Both the position numbers and the translations under genes were made by a program. DNA of 64,000 bases from Nannocystales bacterium (GTDB lineage: Bacteria; Myxococcota_A; Polyangia; Nannocystales; Nannocystaceae): positions 128,001 through 192,000 of the forward strand of contig JBOEGF010000023.1 of assembly GCA_050633305.1 (NCBI GenBank). The letters run 5' to 3'. Of this stretch, positions 60,304-64,000 are shown piece after piece. The number at the start of each line of letters is the position of its first letter. Within the stretch, counting starts at the first letter, position 1. The notes under the pieces were generated by a model. It had not been told where the DNA came from. It saw only the letters and a list, made by a program, of their open reading frames with translations, and did not search any database.

Positions 60304-60711
60304 ATGGCCCGAAAGAAGGCTGATCCGGGGGATCTCTCGCGCCGAGAGCGACAGATCATGGACATCGTCTACCGCGACGAAGCCGTGACAGCAGGAGACG
60401 TCCGGGAGGCCATGACCGACCCCCCCTCATACTCGGCCGTTCGTGCGCTGCTGCGCGTCCTCGAGGAGAAGGGCCACCTCACCCATGTCACGCAGGGGAC
60501 CCGCTACGTGTATCGCGCGACCCGGGACCGCCGCTCGGCCAGCCGCGCCGCACTCAAGCACGTGGTGCAGACATTCTTCGAGGGTTCCGCGGCCCGGGCA
60601 GCGGCAGCCCTGCTCGAAGGAAACCGCAAGCGGGTCAGCGGTGACGAACTGGAAGCCCTGCAGAACCTGATCCGCGACGCGGGTGGGGACACAGACGGAG
60701 AAAAACAATGA
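60304..60711 (+). CDS. BlaI/MecI/CopY family repressor
   Basis: LSRRERQIMDIVY, SYSAVRALLRVLEEKG, FFEGS. Confidence 0.95.
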   Translation: MARKKADPGDLSRRERQIMDIVYRDEAVTAGDVREAMTDPPSYSAVRALLRVLEEKGHLTHVTQGTRYVYRATRDRRSASRAALKHVVQTFFEGSAARAAAALLEGNRKRVSGDELEALQNLIRDAGGDTDGEKQ

Positions 60712-62528
60712 ACGACTGGCTCCTCATCGACGGACGAACGCTCCTGGACTCGGCGCTGGTCGCCTGGCATGTCCGCGCAGCGGTCGGCTTGCTTACCGTT
60801 GTCCTCGCGGGCGCGGCATTGCGAAGCTGCCACCCACGAGTTCGCCACCGAGTGCTCGCCTGGGGAATGCTGGCTGCCGTGCTCCTACCCACGGCAGCGG
60901 CCTTCGCCCCAAGCACGTGGGGTCTTCCGGTCGGCACACGGGTGCAACTCGCACAGACGAGTCCGGCGATCACTGAGGCTACGACACTGCCCACGCTGGT
61001 CCCCGTTGCGCAGGGCCTCGCGACCGTGGCTACGGCCGAGGCTCAGGCCCAGGCCTTCGATGTTGGGACGGGTCTCTCGCTGTTGTGGGCCGTCGGTGCA
61101 AGCGTCTGTCTGCTCGGCGTCGGCGTATCAGCGCTCGGATCCATGTCCCTGCGTAGCGGCTCCAGCCGGGTGCCGCCGGCGATCGAAGTGCTGTTCGGAG
61201 AGCTCCAGGGCCAAGCCGGAACCGCCGCCCGGCTGGGCATCACCCCCCGCGTGGTCGGACCCATCGTCGTCGGCGTGCTGACGCCAACGGTCCTGCTCCC
61301 CATCCAGGCCACCACGTGGTCCGACGTACGGCTGAGAGCTGTGCTCGCCCACGAACTCGGGCACGTCGCACACGGCGACCACCGATGGTTCCCGCTGGCG
61401 TACGTCGTGCGCGGGTTGCTGTGGGTCAATCCGTTGGCATGGCTGGTCACACGAAGCTTCTTCCGCGCTGCCGAGTTCTCCGCCGACGAGGCCGCCGTCG
61501 CGCGGGGCATCAAAGCTCCGAGTTACGCCGCGGAACTGCTGAGCCTCGCCAACAGTGGGGTTTCGACCCCTGCCCCGATGCTGGCAGCGGCTGCACTCGG
61601 CCGCCCCGATGTAGGAACCCGAATCCGTCGCTTGCTGAACACCCGCCCGACCGTCGCCCAGCTGCGGCGTGTGGTTCCGGTGACACTGGGGCTGCTCGGC
61701 GCATGGACCTGCATCGTCTTGGCACGCCCCGCCACCGTGATCCCGACCGACGACACCGAGCAACTCGCCAGCGTCCCTGAAGCCCGCAATCTGCTGCCCG
61801 TCCCCGCGGGGGCCAACCGAGTCTCCTTGCGTTCCGGCGGCCTCGTCGTCACCGCCGCGAATGGCGAGACATGGTCGCACCAACCCGACGCCGAGCTTCA
61901 ACGCCACGGACATCTCCTCGTGGACATGCACACGCTCTTGGACTCGAGTGCCGGTGTCCCGGCCCCGCTCGTCGTCGACGCGGATCGGAACGTGACCTTC
62001 GCGACGCTCGTCGACGTGCTGTACACCGCGGGGAAGGCAGGCGTTTCCAACTACTACCTCCAAGTGCCCACGCCACGAGGGGCACGCGTTGTGTCGGTGT
62101 CCCCACCGGTGTTCCACGCCACTCCCCCGCGTCTCGCAACAACACCGGACCCACGAACGCAACCAGCGCTCCGCGTCGCAGTCGTCGTTGGCGAGGATGC
62201 CCTGCATGTGACCACCCGCCCGTCCCGGACGGTTCCGCCTCGGTACGAAGACCCTCAGCTCAGCTGTCAGACAACACCAAAAGAGTCGGGAGGTCCCGAG
62301 CAGACAGCGCGCCAGCTGTGCGCCGCGACCGACGACGCCCCGATTCAGATGGTCTACTCCGGACTCCAAGACACCAGCTACGGAGCGCTGACCGATGCCA
62401 TCGTCCGCATGGTCCCACCTTGCGGCGGAACCCAAATCATCGAAGCGGGAGGGCATGGCACCGAGCCGTCCGGTGAACCCAGCTGCAGTGAAACACTCCA
62501 CGGGCTTCGCGTCCCACGGGTGCGGTAG
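60708..62528 (+). CDS. BlaR1-like M56 metallopeptidase fused to ExbD/TolR-like domain(s)
   Basis: VLAHELGH..D, WVNPL.W, EFSADE; VDADRNVTFATLVDVLYTAGKAG (ExbD-like); ATGA overlap. Confidence 0.88.
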   Translation: MNDWLLIDGRTLLDSALVAWHVRAAVGLLTVVLAGAALRSCHPRVRHRVLAWGMLAAVLLPTAAAFAPSTWGLPVGTRVQLAQTSPAITEATTLPTLVPVAQGLATVATAEAQAQAFDVGTGLSLLWAVGASVCLLGVGVSALGSMSLRSGSSRVPPAIEVLFGELQGQAGTAARLGITPRVVGPIVVGVLTPTVLLPIQATTWSDVRLRAVLAHELGHVAHGDHRWFPLAYVVRGLLWVNPLAWLVTRSFFRAAEFSADEAAVARGIKAPSYAAELLSLANSGVSTPAPMLAAAALGRPDVGTRIRRLLNTRPTVAQLRRVVPVTLGLLGAWTCIVLARPATVIPTDDTEQLASVPEARNLLPVPAGANRVSLRSGGLVVTAANGETWSHQPDAELQRHGHLLVDMHTLLDSSAGVPAPLVVDADRNVTFATLVDVLYTAGKAGVSNYYLQVPTPRGARVVSVSPPVFHATPPRLATTPDPRTQPALRVAVVVGEDALHVTTRPSRTVPPRYEDPQLSCQTTPKESGGPEQTARQLCAATDDAPIQMVYSGLQDTSYGALTDAIVRMVPPCGGTQIIEAGGHGTEPSGEPSCSETLHGLRVPRVR

Positions 62529-62579
62529 TCGGTCGGGATCGCGAGCCGCGGCCTTTCCGGGTCGCGGAGGCTCCCCGCA

Positions 62580-63686
62580 TCAACTTGGAAGTCGTAGGCC
62601 GCGAATCGCCACCGTCGCTTCGCCTTCGACGCCCGAGAACTCCGCTTGGTCCCCGTCCTGCGTCTCTGTCCGGGCGTGGGACAACTCGATCGTGCCCGGC
62701 ACCGGCGTGCCATCGTCGAGTTGCAGGGTGACGCGAATCGAGTCTTCCGGAACCGGGCCCTCAAGTGGGTCTTGCGTAGAAGGATCGGTTCCCGTGGGAA
62801 CCGGCTCGACCGGCGTTTGCGAATCGGCGTCGGCGTCCTCGTCCCGCTCCTGAGCGTCCTCGGTTCGAGGAGGGGGGAGCACCTGCTCAAACGAGAAACT
62901 CGCCGCCGATGGGATCGGAAAGCCGTCGTCACGCACGAGTTCACCTTCGAGCGCCCCGGCGGTGTCGCCGTTCTTCGTTGTGAGCGTGTACTGCCCAGAC
63001 AACACAGGCTCTTCCTCGACGAACAGCTCAACAGAGACGAACGCGCCCGGCTGAGGATGCACGATGAGCACGTGTTGCCGCCGGGTCGGCAACCCGATCG
63101 CACTGCCGATCTCGTATCGAGTGCCCGTCGGGATGTCGAGTGTGCCCCGAGCCACCGCATCTCCAGAGAGTTCGAAGTGGGCGGTCCCGTCGTCGGTCAG
63201 GTCGTCGAACCGCACCGACGACCGCGCATCCAACGTAACGAACTCCGACCGACCACCGGGGAGCCGGATCCGAGCCCGGGCGCCCGCGAACGACTCGCCT
63301 TTTGCCGAGACGCAGATGACCTCGATCCAATGCAGCCCCGGATTCGGACCGGGGCGACGGTCCTCATCGTCGTTCCCCCCTTTCGGGATCAGCTTGAAGA
63401 TGTCGATCGCCTCTGTGGCTTCGAACGGCACCTCGGCCGGCGGCACCTCGAAGAACAGCGCGCCGCCGTCTTCAAGCTGTTTGCGCAGCTCCACAAACAC
63501 CCCCTCCGTGTCGACCGAAGGCGAGCACATCAGCGCATGCCGAATCCGCGAGATGTTCTCCGGGGTGACCAGCGCATACGCTGCCCCTCGTGCGTGGAGA
63601 TAGCCCCCCCAGCGGTCGAGTTCGCGAGCGGCGACGAGATGAATCTCCTCGCCATCGAGACTCAGCTTGATCGGAGGCAGGGCCAC
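62580..63686 (-). CDS. Hypothetical protein with repeated carboxypeptidase-regulatory/transthyretin-like beta modules
   Basis: HWIEVICVSAKGESFAGARARIRLPGG, FVSVELFVEEEPV, IRVTLQLDDGTPVP. Confidence 0.7.
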   Translation of the reverse strand: MALPPIKLSLDGEEIHLVAARELDRWGGYLHARGAAYALVTPENISRIRHALMCSPSVDTEGVFVELRKQLEDGGALFFEVPPAEVPFEATEAIDIFKLIPKGGNDDEDRRPGPNPGLHWIEVICVSAKGESFAGARARIRLPGGRSEFVTLDARSSVRFDDLTDDGTAHFELSGDAVARGTLDIPTGTRYEIGSAIGLPTRRQHVLIVHPQPGAFVSVELFVEEEPVLSGQYTLTTKNGDTAGALEGELVRDDGFPIPSAASFSFEQVLPPPRTEDAQERDEDADADSQTPVEPVPTGTDPSTQDPLEGPVPEDSIRVTLQLDDGTPVPGTIELSHARTETQDGDQAEFSGVEGEATVAIRGLRLPS

Positions 63687-64000
63687 GGGCGAAGCAAGTC
63701 TGAGTGACTTCGTTCCCGGTCACAAGCGCCGAGGCGACGCAGAGTCGGGGTCCTGTCCTTCAGCCGCTACCCGGATTGTTTCCCCTTGCAGGCCGGTGAT
63801 AGCTTGCGATCCCAACCGCTCGTCTGCTGTTTTGGGTCGGAGCCTCTGCCGCCGACTTCACAGAGGTCGAGGTGCTTGACGCCACGCCCAGCGCACACGC
63901 GCCGTCTGTGCCAGAGGCGGATGCGAAACACGCTCACGCAGAGCGTAGATGTACGAGCGGCCGTCCGGTGGTCGGGGATCCGGGGTGGTCAGCAGGGACC

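Overview
GC-rich bacterial DNA, most likely from a myxobacterium (Myxococcota). This rests on a MYXO-CTERM tail, many Cys-rich lipoproteins with Ser/Thr/Asp linkers, an FHA protein and ECF/FecR-TPR modules. I saw no rRNA, tRNA, CRISPR array or mobile element. The window has three blocks. (1) 2-12 kb is a protease/signalling island: a trypsin-like lipoprotein, an S8 lipoprotein, and an ECF sigma/anti-sigma/TPR-CHAT operon. The two flanking genes share a candidate promoter, A-tract-TGTCTCCG-N15-CCAA. (2) 13-41 kb is a cellulose/beta-glucan utilisation locus: lipoprotein GH5, GH8 and GH9, GH1, CBM2, two CBM11-like proteins, a Cip1-like protein, an Opp-type ABC importer, an unknown outer-membrane barrel and PPi-PFK. 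The sequence suggests a two-tier regulatory cascade here. A motif TCA(TC/GT)-N18/19-(C/G)C(T/A)C(T/C) lies upstream of eight transcription units, including the local ECF sigma itself and a sensor-less sigma54 activator. The ABC and GH9/porin operons instead have sigma54 -24/-12 boxes and a shared CGGAA-N7-TTCCG site. (3) 41-64 kb holds mostly housekeeping and envelope genes (tsaC, ctpA, yibQ-like, xth, thioesterase), a (CTT)13 tract, and a BlaI + M56-ExbD module with a 22-bp palindromic operator. All family calls come from motifs recognised by eye, not from database searches.
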